64,000 nt of DNA, taken from positions 86,211-150,210 of the forward strand of contig CAVZRN010000010.1 of NCBI GenBank assembly GCA_963777715.1, written 5' to 3'. How positions within the stretch are numbered: the first letter of the stretch is position 1; each line of letters starts with the position of its first letter. Below the pieces are notes generated by a model, which made no database searches, was not told the DNA's origin, and worked only from the letters and a program-made list of their open reading frames with translations. This document shows positions 37,450-45,958 of this stretch, one piece after another. The position numbers and the translations under genes are program-made. Source of the stretch: an uncultured Gammaproteobacteria bacterium. Its GTDB lineage: Bacteria; Pseudomonadota; Gammaproteobacteria; JAURND01.

Positions 37450-37890
37450 ATGCCAGATTTAAGCTTGCCCGCTGCGCAGCGGTTTTGGCATGAATACCAA
37501 GACCCTATTATCTACCGCGTAGTTACCTTCATGGAAGGAGTGGAGGACTGGACACTGGATGGAGACCCTCATTTAGAGGCAGCTATGCAGCAACTAGGGC
37601 AAGTATTGGAAGATATTGGTGGCGTAGATCTGCAAAGAGAAGATGATTTCATCAAGCTTGCTGCATATATAAAGGCGAGCCGCAATTTGCGATTATTACA
37701 ATGTTTAGATACTGCGCATCCAGGCGCCGCTTCAAAACTATTAATGCATGCTGAAACAGCTGCTGCAGCAAATGATGAAATCGCAGATTTATTTTTAAGG
37801 CGTAATATTGTTTTTGAACGCCTACGTTTGTTAACACGAGTTTTTTCTCCGGAACGATTTGCATTGCTACAAAAAGTGTTGGAGGAATAA
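37450..37890 (+). CDS. icmW: Dot/Icm type IVB secretion chaperone IcmW
   Basis: 146 aa. The sequence MPDLS...FWHEYQDPIIYRVVTFMEGVEDWTLDGDPHLEAAMQQLGQ...RNIVFERLRLLTRVF is colinear with L. pneumophila IcmW as I remember it. Confidence 0.85.
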   Translation: MPDLSLPAAQRFWHEYQDPIIYRVVTFMEGVEDWTLDGDPHLEAAMQQLGQVLEDIGGVDLQREDDFIKLAAYIKASRNLRLLQCLDTAHPGAASKLLMHAETAAAANDEIADLFLRRNIVFERLRLLTRVFSPERFALLQKVLEE

Positions 37891-37892
37891 GT

Positions 37893-38483
37893 ATGAAACG
37901 CGTAATGAATTGCATAGCGATTCCTGTTGATGGCGGTGCTGCATCTAAAACAGGAAAACTGTTTTCAGCGGCCATGCTGATAAGTAGTGTTATCGTGTTA
38001 TTAAGCATTTCATTAGAGGGATACGCGGATACAGATGAGTGTGCAAACTCCAACCCCTATTTGCAACAAACGTGCCAACAAATGAAACAAGCGGCAGATG
38101 CAACAAAGCAGGCCAATGATCAGGCCTATCAAAAAGCTGCCGAGCAAGGAACAAAGCAAGAAGAAAAAAACATTGCACAAAGTAATCAACCACCGGCTCC
38201 TTCGCCTCCGCCACTTCCAGCCTGGCAACAGGCAATTACCCCATCATCCTCAACACAAGCACAAACGGGTGCAGCCGGTTCTACAACGACACAAGCCACT
38301 GGCGGAACTACGGCAGATAACTCAGGAACACAGGGAGCGACGGCGACACAAGACCAAACACAGGCGCCTCCTCCGCCAGGACCTGCAGAGTTAGCAGGGC
38401 CAGCGCCAATAAAGGGCCCTGGTGCGTTAACAATTATTCCGGTAAAGAAACCCGATAGCGGTGGGCCGGCAATGTATTACTAA
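37893..38483 (+). CDS. secreted/anchored Gln/Thr/Pro-rich protein between icmW and icmX
   Basis: 196 aa. The RBS ggagga is followed by an ATG 3 nt after the icmW stop. Has a hydrophobic leader, a Cys pair and a low-complexity C-terminal half. Confidence 0.6.
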   Translation: MKRVMNCIAIPVDGGAASKTGKLFSAAMLISSVIVLLSISLEGYADTDECANSNPYLQQTCQQMKQAADATKQANDQAYQKAAEQGTKQEEKNIAQSNQPPAPSPPPLPAWQQAITPSSSTQAQTGAAGSTTTQATGGTTADNSGTQGATATQDQTQAPPPPGPAELAGPAPIKGPGALTIIPVKKPDSGGPAMYY

Positions 38484-38515
38484 ACATTTCTTAATTTCTT
38501 ATAGAGATAATAACT

Positions 38516-39778
38516 ATGAACAAGTCAAAACTAAATTACAAATTAAAGGCATCGCCCCGTAAAAACAACGCCAAACGTGCATTAGCCGTTATCGCCCTGG
38601 GATTATTTGTGTCACCAATGGCGTTAGCAGCAAAAACGTTGGACGACGTGGTCACGGCCATTACTACTTTTCAAACCAGCCTTGTTGGGCAACAAGTAAT
38701 ACCGTTTGTCAGTTATTATCAAGGGTTAATGAACATGGTTGATACGACCTATGAGCCGGCGGCAAGTTTGGCAAATACCAGCTTTAAAACTGCATCGGTA
38801 GGGTCGTTCGTCCGCACTCAGGTAGATGAGAAAACGTTAACAAAAGTAGCACAAGTGCTGACACAGGCTAATTCAGGCGCCCAATTTTCTGCGTTAGCTG
38901 CCCTTCCTGCCAGTGATATCGAACCGAATGTAATAACTAATTCGAAACCGTGGAATTCTGATGATTTTCGCTTGTATGCGAATTCATTATTAGGGAAGGA
39001 TGCCTATGATCAAGGCACCACTGGCAGTACTGATAAGAATAATGCAGAACAAGCGGTTGTATTTCTATCAGATTACACCAACCCATTGGGTTCTATCGAT
39101 TTATCAACATTAACTGCTGATCAACTAAAAACAGTTCAAACATCAGTGGATGGACAACAATATCTCACACACCGTCGTGGTAAGGCGGCGATCCGCTCGT
39201 TAATACTCAGTAATTTTTATAGCATGTTAATGGCGCGCACACCGGTTAAGAATTTAGGTCTGGATGCAGGGTTGCCGGGGAGCAGTAGTACAGCGGGAGC
39301 GAATGGAGCACCGGCAACAGCAGGAAGCCCAGATGCCAGCCCATTGCAAGTTGAAAGATACATTGCTACCAGGCGGGTTGACGATGCTGATTGGTATACA
39401 GCGATGAATAAGGCGCCGGAGATAGTTGTGGCGCGAGAAACACTATTTGTCTTGGCGGAAATGGAAAAACAACTGTTTCAGATTCAGCAACAAAATGAAC
39501 GCATATTGGCGACATTAACCGCCACAGCAGTGATAAACCTTAGTTCCAGCACGTTACTACCAGACCAAAACGAAAATGATTTACGTGGTCAACTGGGCTT
39601 GGCTCAGACAGGTCCAGCAGCAGCGATTACCACTGCTGCAAGCCAGGCTAGCGACAATAACAATAAAAACAATAGCAACAATAACAGCTCGTCAAATCAA
39701 GCAAATAGTGCCCTGAGTGCAGCAGGAGTTACACCGCCAGCAGGAAGCAGTACTACTACAACGTCAGGAGGGAAGTAG
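38516..39778 (+). CDS. icmX: probable IcmX (Dot/Icm periplasmic/secreted component)
   Basis: 420 aa with a Sec signal peptide (ALGLFVSPMALAA). Position downstream of icmW is as in Legionella and Coxiella. The call is mainly by synteny and size. Confidence 0.5.
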   Translation: MNKSKLNYKLKASPRKNNAKRALAVIALGLFVSPMALAAKTLDDVVTAITTFQTSLVGQQVIPFVSYYQGLMNMVDTTYEPAASLANTSFKTASVGSFVRTQVDEKTLTKVAQVLTQANSGAQFSALAALPASDIEPNVITNSKPWNSDDFRLYANSLLGKDAYDQGTTGSTDKNNAEQAVVFLSDYTNPLGSIDLSTLTADQLKTVQTSVDGQQYLTHRRGKAAIRSLILSNFYSMLMARTPVKNLGLDAGLPGSSSTAGANGAPATAGSPDASPLQVERYIATRRVDDADWYTAMNKAPEIVVARETLFVLAEMEKQLFQIQQQNERILATLTATAVINLSSSTLLPDQNENDLRGQLGLAQTGPAAAITTAASQASDNNNKNNSNNNSSSNQANSALSAAGVTPPAGSSTTTTSGGK

Positions 39779-39999
39779 TACTACTACAAAGCCACACTAA
39801 CTAACAATTAATAGGACGAGCTTTTTGGGAGGATTTAGAGGGTAAAAGAGGGGAAATACCAGTTTTTTTAGCCATCGAGGCTGGATTGGGGCCAAAAACC
39901 GCATAATTTGCGTGCATTTTGCAAATAACAGTGTTATCGTTTCGCCGTGCATCGACGAGGGAGCGATTAGAATTGCGGTTAAAACAGGGGTTTCGCTTT

Positions 40000-40143
40000 A
40001 GACTTCTTTCCAAACCATCGTCTTTTGCTCGACTGCGGCGTTGTGCTCACGCTTCCGATGCTCATTTAAACCCAAGTAAACTGCGCTTCGGGTCGTTCGC
40101 ACGCCTTGCATTCAAACAAAATACTTGGTTTGGAAAGAAGTCT
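40000..40143. repeat. long inverted repeat (18-bp perfect arms, ~108-nt loop)
   Basis: agacttctttccaaacca (40000..40017) pairs with tggtttggaaagaagtct (40126..40143). Confidence 0.8.
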
Positions 40144-40226
40144 GGGCAACCCCCATATGTTTTAAAAGTACATTTTCTAGTAGATGTGAACTCCCTGTTA
40201 ACTTAACTTCATGAAGGAATTAACCC

Positions 40227-40685
40227 ATGGCAATTAAAAAAACCAAAAAAAAACCTGTTGTTAAAAAAGTAGTAAAAACTGCTAAACGACCAGTAGCCAA
40301 AGCTGCTGCAAAAAAAGTTAATAAATCCGCAGCTAAGTCAGCAAGACCCGTTCAACCTAAAAAAATAACCTTAAATGTAAAGAAGCCATTGACTAAGTCA
40401 CAGACGGTTGAGCAGATTTCTTTATCGACTGGTGTGAAAAAACGCGACGTTTCTAACGTATTGGAAGCTATCGCTGGCTTGATGGAAGCACATCTAAGTA
40501 AGAAAGGTCCAGGTGAAATGAACTTTGCTGGCTTACTCAAATGCCGTGTTGTCAACAAACCGGCCACAAAGGCAAGACAGGGCATTAATCCATTTACTGG
40601 CCAGCCCATGACATTTTCTGCTAAACCAGCGCGTAGCGTAATCAAGATTCGTCCGCTGAAGAAGCTGAAAGAGATTGTTGGCTAA
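40227..40685 (+). CDS. HU/IHF-fold DNA-binding protein with an N-terminal Lys/Ala-rich histone-H1-like tail
   Basis: 152 aa. The first ~55 aa are KKTKKKPVVKKVVKTAKRPVAKAAAKKVNKSAAKSARPVQPKK. The remainder is HU-like (KSQTVEQIS...FAGLLKCRVVNKPATKARQGINPFTGQPMTFSAKPARSVIKIRPLKKLKE). Confidence 0.8.
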   Translation: MAIKKTKKKPVVKKVVKTAKRPVAKAAAKKVNKSAAKSARPVQPKKITLNVKKPLTKSQTVEQISLSTGVKKRDVSNVLEAIAGLMEAHLSKKGPGEMNFAGLLKCRVVNKPATKARQGINPFTGQPMTFSAKPARSVIKIRPLKKLKEIVG

Positions 40686-40704
40686 ATCTTTAGTTTTACA
40701 CGAA

Positions 40705-40728
40705 GGGGCAGGTAGCTGCCCCTTTTTT
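40705..40728 (+). terminator. rho-independent terminator
   Basis: The GC hairpin ggggcaggtagctgcccc is followed by tttttt, 20 nt after the stop codon. Confidence 0.8.
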
Positions 40729-40749
40729 AAGCTATAGAGCATTATTGAT

Positions 40750-40974
40750 ATGAGTTCTTCCTCCCCCTTAGAAATTACCCGCCTTGAACTTACGATTGAT
40801 CGTCTTGTTTTCAACTATCAAGAATTATTACACGAAAATCGTCGCTTACAGCAAGAAATACAACAAATGAAGCAGCGGCAAGCTATATTGATCGATAAAA
40901 GCCAACGTGCTGCAGTTCATGTCAAACAGGTCATCCATCAACTACGAGAAGCCACGCATGAGCGAAGCACATAA
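40750..40974 (+). CDS. small coiled-coil protein upstream of zapA (ZapB/TIGR02449-like)
   Basis: 74 aa with a heptad-rich sequence (LLHENRRLQQEIQQMKQRQAILIDK). It overlaps the zapA start. Confidence 0.55.
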   Translation: MSSSSPLEITRLELTIDRLVFNYQELLHENRRLQQEIQQMKQRQAILIDKSQRAAVHVKQVIHQLREATHERST

Positions 40975-41278
40975 TACAGTTTCCTTGAGCATCATGGGGA
41001 AGCTTTACAAAGTAAAATGTCCACAAGATAAAATTGCGGAGCTTCGCGAATCAGCCCAATACCTGGAAAGTAAAATGCGCGAGTTAAGTCACAATGGAAA
41101 AATTCAGGGTATTGACCGATTAATTGTGATTACAGCGCTTAACGTAGTACACGAGTTGCTGGGGCAAAAGAAACAGGCAGGCACATACATGGATGTGATG
41201 AGTCAGCAAATACGCGCATTACAAGGTAAAATTGATAATGTGTTGATGAGTACGCAAGAGGATGAAATAGAGGTTTAA
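40958..41278 (+). CDS. zapA: cell division protein ZapA
   Basis: 106 aa from the ATG at 40958. VSLSIMGKLYKVKCPQDKIAELRESAQYLESKMRELS...LIVITALNVVHEL is colinear with E. coli ZapA. Confidence 0.85.
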   Translation: MSEAHNTVSLSIMGKLYKVKCPQDKIAELRESAQYLESKMRELSHNGKIQGIDRLIVITALNVVHELLGQKKQAGTYMDVMSQQIRALQGKIDNVLMSTQEDEIEV

Positions 41279-41319
41279 TAATTTAGGTACATTGAGCGGT
41301 AATGCGTTATAATATACAA

Positions 41320-41512
41320 CCTCTGCGGTATACGTGAGCTTGGACTATTATTCTTGAACCTATGTAAATAATAGGGGATTTGTAGAGTGGTGGCCGTTGA
41401 GCCAGGCCTCTCTCCTTCTGTGAAGTGAGAGAAGGAAGGCCTGAAGCTACCCTGATAATCCCACCTGGACCGTTGGTTCAGAAATACTCCCGGTAACGAT
41501 ATTGCGGAGGGA
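41320..41512 (+). ncRNA. ssrS: 6S RNA
   Basis: Conserved zapA-ssrS-ygfA synteny. A TATAAT lies at 41308..41313. A 12-bp closing stem pairs 5' ccucugcgguau (41320..41331) with auauugcggagg (41499..41510). The ~190-nt length includes internal hairpins. Confidence 0.7.
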
Positions 41513-41566
41513 TAATTCTTAGCCAGTGGGGGCAACGGGCATAATCATATAGCCGTCATCCCGGTT

Positions 41567-41625
41567 GTAGGGGCAACCCTTGTGGTTGCCCGAATAAATC
41601 GGGCAGGCACAAGGCCTGCCCCTAC
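41567..41625. repeat. family-C palindromic repeat, copy 1
   Basis: gtaggggcaacccttgtggttgcccgaataaatcgggcaggcacaaggcctgcccctac. An inverted-orientation copy lies at 51711..51771. Confidence 0.85.
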
Positions 41626-41671
41626 ATATAAAATCTGACCGTTTGTGCCAGTCATTGTGGGTAGCAACGTA

Positions 41672-42235
41672 ATGCCTGACCGTCAAACTATTCGTCGTAG
41701 TATTCGTCAACAACGCGAGCAACTTTCCTCACAGCAACAGATGGATGCTGCCCATGCGATTAGCCAATATATCGCCACCACAGCCTGGTTTCGCCGTAGC
41801 CAACGTATCGCATTCTATCAGGCCGTGCGCGGAGAGGTTGATCCATACCCATTGATTGCCCGCGCCTGGAAAAGGGGCAAGACGTGTTACTTACCTGTGT
41901 GTCATCCGCTAAAACCTTCATTGTTATTTTTACCGTATTCTGCCGACGATGCATTAACGCCTAATCGTTACGGCATTCTGGAACCTCGGTGCGATAAACG
42001 TCCTTGTCCTCCCTATGTATTGGATTTGGTGTTTGTACCCGTAGTGGCATTTGACACAGATAGCAATCGCCTAGGCTCAGGCAAGGGCTACTATGATCGA
42101 ACGTTTGCCTACCTGCGGCGTTTCCCGGCAGCCAGAAGGCCACGATTAGTAGGATTAGCCTATGATTTCCAGCAAGTAGCACACATTGAGGCAGCGAGCT
42201 GGGATGTGGTATTGGATGAGGTCGTGGTGTGTTAG
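41672..42235 (+). CDS. ygfA: 5-formyltetrahydrofolate cyclo-ligase
   Basis: 187 aa from the ATG at 41672. Contains GILEP and VPVVAFDTDSNRLGSGKGYYDRTF. Confidence 0.88.
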   Translation: MPDRQTIRRSIRQQREQLSSQQQMDAAHAISQYIATTAWFRRSQRIAFYQAVRGEVDPYPLIARAWKRGKTCYLPVCHPLKPSLLFLPYSADDALTPNRYGILEPRCDKRPCPPYVLDLVFVPVVAFDTDSNRLGSGKGYYDRTFAYLRRFPAARRPRLVGLAYDFQQVAHIEAASWDVVLDEVVVC

Positions 42236-42324
42236 CATAATAGTTTCCTCATGGCGGGTTGATATTGACTAAAAACTGATCTATACTTGAGATACAAAGT
42301 AACTCATCATAAAGGCTTTCCATT

Positions 42325-42561
42325 ATGCACACATCCCCTACATCCATGATCCATGTACGTGTAAATAACAAAATAAAGGCACGGGCTGCCAAGACCCTAT
42401 CCGCTATGGGGTTGTCCGTCTCAGATGTTGTCCGTATGTTACTAACCCGTGTGATTGCGGAAAAAGCATTACCTTTTGATGTTCGCGTACCTAATGCTGA
42501 AACTGTTGCCGCTATGAAGGCGGCTGAACGTGGTGAAGTATCAAGGGCAGCTAATGTCTAA
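42325..42561 (+). CDS. dinJ: type II antitoxin, RelB/DinJ family
   Basis: 78 aa. Contains IHVRVNNKIKARAAKTLSAMGLSVSDVVRMLLTRVIAEKALPFDVRVPN. Confidence 0.85.
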   Translation: MHTSPTSMIHVRVNNKIKARAAKTLSAMGLSVSDVVRMLLTRVIAEKALPFDVRVPNAETVAAMKAAERGEVSRAANV

Positions 42562-42581
42562 AGAGATGATGGAAAAATTGC

Positions 42582-42860
42582 ATGCGGACGATTGAATGGT
42601 CTAACGCATTTAAACGTGATTTCAAACGCGTATGTAAGGGGTCGCGTTATAAAAAAATTGACCTGATATTAAGCACTGTAACTGATATGCTTGTAAGTGA
42701 TCAACCACTATCTAAAAAATATTCGGACCACGCTTTATCCAACAATTGGAAAGACTATCGTGAGTGTCACCTATTTCCTGATCTTCTTTTAATTTACAAA
42801 TTGGTTGGAACCAAGACATTGCGACTTGTGCGTCTTGGTAGTCACAGCGAACTATTTTAG
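42582..42860 (+). CDS. yafQ: type II toxin, YafQ/RelE family mRNA interferase
   Basis: 92 aa. Contains FKRDFKR, DHALSNNWKDYRECHLFPDLLLIYK and RLGSHSELF. Confidence 0.85.
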   Translation: MRTIEWSNAFKRDFKRVCKGSRYKKIDLILSTVTDMLVSDQPLSKKYSDHALSNNWKDYRECHLFPDLLLIYKLVGTKTLRLVRLGSHSELF

Positions 42861-42891
42861 CGTAAAGCAGTGTTCATGCTATACTCCTCCA

Positions 42892-43260
42892 GAGTCAGCC
42901 AGACAGTCGCTGCGGGTTATAAATCCGCAGAGGAAAGTCCGGGCTCCAGCGGGCAAGATGCCAGGTAACGCCTGGGAGGCGCGAGCCTACGGAAAGTGCC
43001 ACAGAAAATATACCGCCTCATACTTAACGGTGCGAGGTAAGGGTGAAATGGTGCGGTAAGAGCGCACCGCGCGTGTGGTAACACACGTGGCAGGGAAAAC
43101 CCCATCGGGAGCAAGACCAAATAGGAGTTCACGTTGTAGAGTAAATTCCACAGCAAGTGTTGTCCCCACCGAACTCGGGTAGGTTGCTTGAGGTGTATGG
43201 CGACATACATCCCAGAGAGATGGCTGTCCTAGACAGAACCCGGCTTATCGGCTGACTCGT
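42892..43260 (+). ncRNA. rnpB: RNase P RNA, bacterial type A
   Basis: Universal elements present are GAGGAAAGTCCGGGCTCC, CCAGGTAACGCCTGGG, GGAAAGTGCCACAGAAAA, GGTAAGGGTGAAA and ACAGAACCCGGCTTAT. The P1 stem pairs gagtcagcc (42892) with ggctgactc (43250). A TATACT -10 lies at 42880. Confidence 0.93.
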
Positions 43261-43266
43261 TTCTTT

Positions 43267-43917
43267 CTATATCCAATAAGCAGTTCGCACCATCACCTGC
43301 GAAAATCCCTTCATCAGAATTTTAATCGGTTGCGGTAATGCTATAGCGCCAGCCGTCCACGCGGTAGTGGCATGATGTGCCTCATCTTCACGCATTTGCT
43401 GCAGTATTTCTCGGCTTTTTTCGTCGACGTCAGGTAGCCTGGTTAAATGTTGATCCAAATGATTGACTACCTGCCGCTCAGTTTCTGCCAAAAATCCTAA
43501 ATTCCATTGATCGCCCGCAAGGCCTGCGCAAACGCCAATGGCAAATGAACCGACGTACCATAAGGGATTTAAATAGCTGGTGCGCCCACTAAGTTCTTGC
43601 AGACGTTGCTCACACCAGGCCAGGTGATCATTTTCTTCGACAGCAGCTTGTTGCATCGCTTCACGTACCTGCGGCGAGCGTGCGGTTAATGCTTGTGCGT
43701 GATAGAGCGCCTGCGCGCTTATTTCGCCACTGTGGTTGACGCGCATAAGACGCAAACTTTGCTGGCGTTGTTCAGCCGATAACGACGCTTCTGCGGTATT
43801 CTGCGCTGGATATTGGCGATCAGCACTAGCCCTGGCAAATAGCGTGCGCAAACCGCCATCGAGTTGCATCAAGCAGCGATCGAGAAAGGAGTAGTGTCGG
43901 GAAATAATAGATGACAT
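43267..43917 (-). CDS. coq7: demethoxyubiquinone hydroxylase (di-iron Coq7 family)
   Basis: 216 aa. Contains RVNHSGEISAQALY and EENDHLAWC, and the second half holds EDEAHH. Confidence 0.88.
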   Translation of the reverse strand: MSSIISRHYSFLDRCLMQLDGGLRTLFARASADRQYPAQNTAEASLSAEQRQQSLRLMRVNHSGEISAQALYHAQALTARSPQVREAMQQAAVEENDHLAWCEQRLQELSGRTSYLNPLWYVGSFAIGVCAGLAGDQWNLGFLAETERQVVNHLDQHLTRLPDVDEKSREILQQMREDEAHHATTAWTAGAIALPQPIKILMKGFSQVMVRTAYWI

Positions 43918-44153
43918 AAAGGTCGCCGTTATCCATCATTCCGTAAAACCTCGTTATTTATGACGGGGTTTTACGGAACTCTTTCGATCATTTTATTTTT
44001 TGTGATTGCACAATGTACTACGGTATTGTGTTCACTTCAAATCGCACTATACTAGTCGCATGAAACGACTACAAGCCTTTAAATTCCGTATGACGCATCA
44101 ATTATTGGCATTAATGCTACCGTAGTCCCTTGCGCATAATTTAGGAACCACCA

Positions 44154-44691
44154 ATGAAACAACTGATATTAGACCCTGAATATCAAGCTTTCTTAACGCA
44201 TATTAAACAGAATTATCAAAAAGCTCAATTAAAAGCTGCCTACGCGGTTAACCGCGAAATGATCCAGTTTTACTGGCAGTTAGGCCAGATGATTATTGAA
44301 AAACAAGCCCAAACTGCCTGGGGAGGTAAATTTCTTGAGCAGCTTTCTAAAGATTTACAAACAGAATTCCCTGGGACTGTGGGTTTTTCAAAAAGAAACC
44401 TTGAGCGTATGCGTAAATTCGCCCAATTATACAATAGCTTGGAATTTGCGGCACAGGCTGTGTCGCAATTACCTTGGGGGCATATTATTGTCCTTATGCA
44501 ACAGGTTAAAGACCCCGAAGCTCGTGAATGGTAAGTTAGTCGCTGATTATTCCTTAAAGCGTACTGACGGTGCTATTGGCATTGCCGAATATCGTCTATC
44601 GCACAAACTGCCTAAAGAACTTAAAGAAAGCCTACCCGATCTTGATTTGCTAGAAGCAAAGCTCACTGAAAAAATGGAGACGAAGGGATAG
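44154..44691 (+). pseudogene. YhcG/DUF1016-family PD-(D/E)XK protein with an internal deletion and frameshift
   Basis: The N-terminal ~125 aa (YWQLGQMIIEKQAQTAWGGKFLEQLSKDL...FSKRNLERMRKFAQLY...LPWGHI) is joined out of frame to a short C-terminal tail (IGIAEYRL..LP..LEAKL). The nuclease core is absent. Confidence 0.65.
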
Positions 44692-44761
44692 GGTATACAG
44701 AAATACCCTATTTAAATCTAATCAAGATGAGGTGCTGAATAGCTATTCGTAGGAGCATGCC

Positions 44762-45958
44762 CTATTTTCGCACCAAACACCAGTACACCAACAAGCTTAC
44801 CAATAATAATAACACATACACCCACAGCAGCGGAATGACGCTCTGCACATGAACAAAGCTAAGTAAAAATGCTGTTAAGCTGGTGATGAGAATATTAATC
44901 AAGAACATCATTGCTGAAGCAGCGCCAGCGATGTGACGAAATAATGATAAACCCTTGCCCATGGACATGGGGAAGATAAAACCGCAGGCAAAAAACATCA
45001 AGGCGCTGATAACTGTGATAAGGACAATGCTGTGTGTAAATATATAACCGCTCGCCAGGCCCACCAATGCAACAAATAAGCACGCAGGTATGACGATAGA
45101 TAACAACCGCTCAACTTTATAATAGTTCAGCAAATAGCGACAAATAAAGGGGGCGGATAAAAACACCAGACCCAGGTACAACGCCACGTGTCCAAAAAAC
45201 ACCGGCGAATAGTGCAAAACGGTTTGAATCAAGAATGGTCCAGACGTGTTAAAGGTGATAATCAACGAATACGCCATACCCATCAGTAATGCCATTGCCA
45301 TGAAGAGGGGATGCTTAATGGTCTCACTTAAGTTATGTTTAATCGTGCTAAAATTTAGCGCGTGTCGATTAAAATGTGTTTCGGGAACTAAGCAATATAT
45401 AGCGATAAACAGGATAAACGACACGGCAGTGAAAAAGCAGAAACCAGCCTTCCAACCGAAATAAACCTGCAAATAACCGCCGATTAATGGACCAATCACA
45501 GGGCCTAAACCCCACATTGCGCCGATCAAAATGCCCATGCGCACTAATTTTTCTGGCATCAAAATGTCAGAAAATATCGCACGCGCAAGTACTGCTGTTG
45601 CGCCCAGCGTAATGCCTTGTAAAAAGCGCGTCAGCAATACGACTTGTATATTCGATAATAATAGGGGTAGTAAGCTGACGATAGCAAAACTCAACAATGT
45701 GGTGCGGATTAGTTTTTTTCTTCCCCAGGCATCGGTTAGAAAGCCAGTAACAAAATTACCCAGGGCATAACCAAGCAAATAAATCGAGATAATGCCCTTT
45801 ATTGTTTCAGCAGAGCTATGCAGATCAGTCACCATTGCGGGTAGTGAGGGAGCGATTAGATCAACCGCCATGCCAGCAATTGGCATTAGACCAAGTAATA
45901 TCCATATAATCAATCGAGTACGTTTTTCGGATAAAATGAGTGAGTTGTTATTTATCAT
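44762..45958 (-). CDS. MFS drug-efflux transporter (Bcr/CflA-like)
   Basis: 398 aa with 12 hydrophobic segments and the motif GFLTDAWGRKK. It overlaps the marR-like gene upstream. Confidence 0.85.
   Translation of the reverse strand: MINNNSLILSEKRTRLIIWILLGLMPIAGMAVDLIAPSLPAMVTDLHSSAETIKGIISIYLLGYALGNFVTGFLTDAWGRKKLIRTTLLSFAIVSLLPLLLSNIQVVLLTRFLQGITLGATAVLARAIFSDILMPEKLVRMGILIGAMWGLGPVIGPLIGGYLQVYFGWKAGFCFFTAVSFILFIAIYCLVPETHFNRHALNFSTIKHNLSETIKHPLFMAMALLMGMAYSLIITFNTSGPFLIQTVLHYSPVFFGHVALYLGLVFLSAPFICRYLLNYYKVERLLSIVIPACLFVALVGLASGYIFTHSIVLITVISALMFFACGFIFPMSMGKGLSLFRHIAGAASAMMFLINILITSLTAFLLSFVHVQSVIPLLWVYVLLLLVSLLVYWCLVRK

Noticed and set aside
39919-40206. A 95-aa ORF across the long inverted repeat upstream of the HU-like gene.
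   Set aside because: The translation is Arg/Ser/Leu-rich with no RBS. It is better explained as a structured non-coding region.
41275-41722. Minus-strand ORFs of 86 aa and 67 aa between zapA and ygfA.
   Set aside because: They overlap the predicted 6S RNA and the family-C palindromic repeat. No RBS or family resemblance is present.
42805-43210. Three ORFs (42805..43059 +, 42917..43210 -, 42987..43169 -) between yafQ and coq7.
   Set aside because: The region is unambiguously RNase P RNA, with all universal type-A motifs present. The ORFs are artefacts.
43935-43980. The hairpin ccgtaaaacctcg...ggggttttacgg upstream of coq7, considered as a riboswitch or attenuator.
   Set aside because: It is a short, imperfect, single stem with no recognisable conserved riboswitch core. 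The evidence is insufficient.
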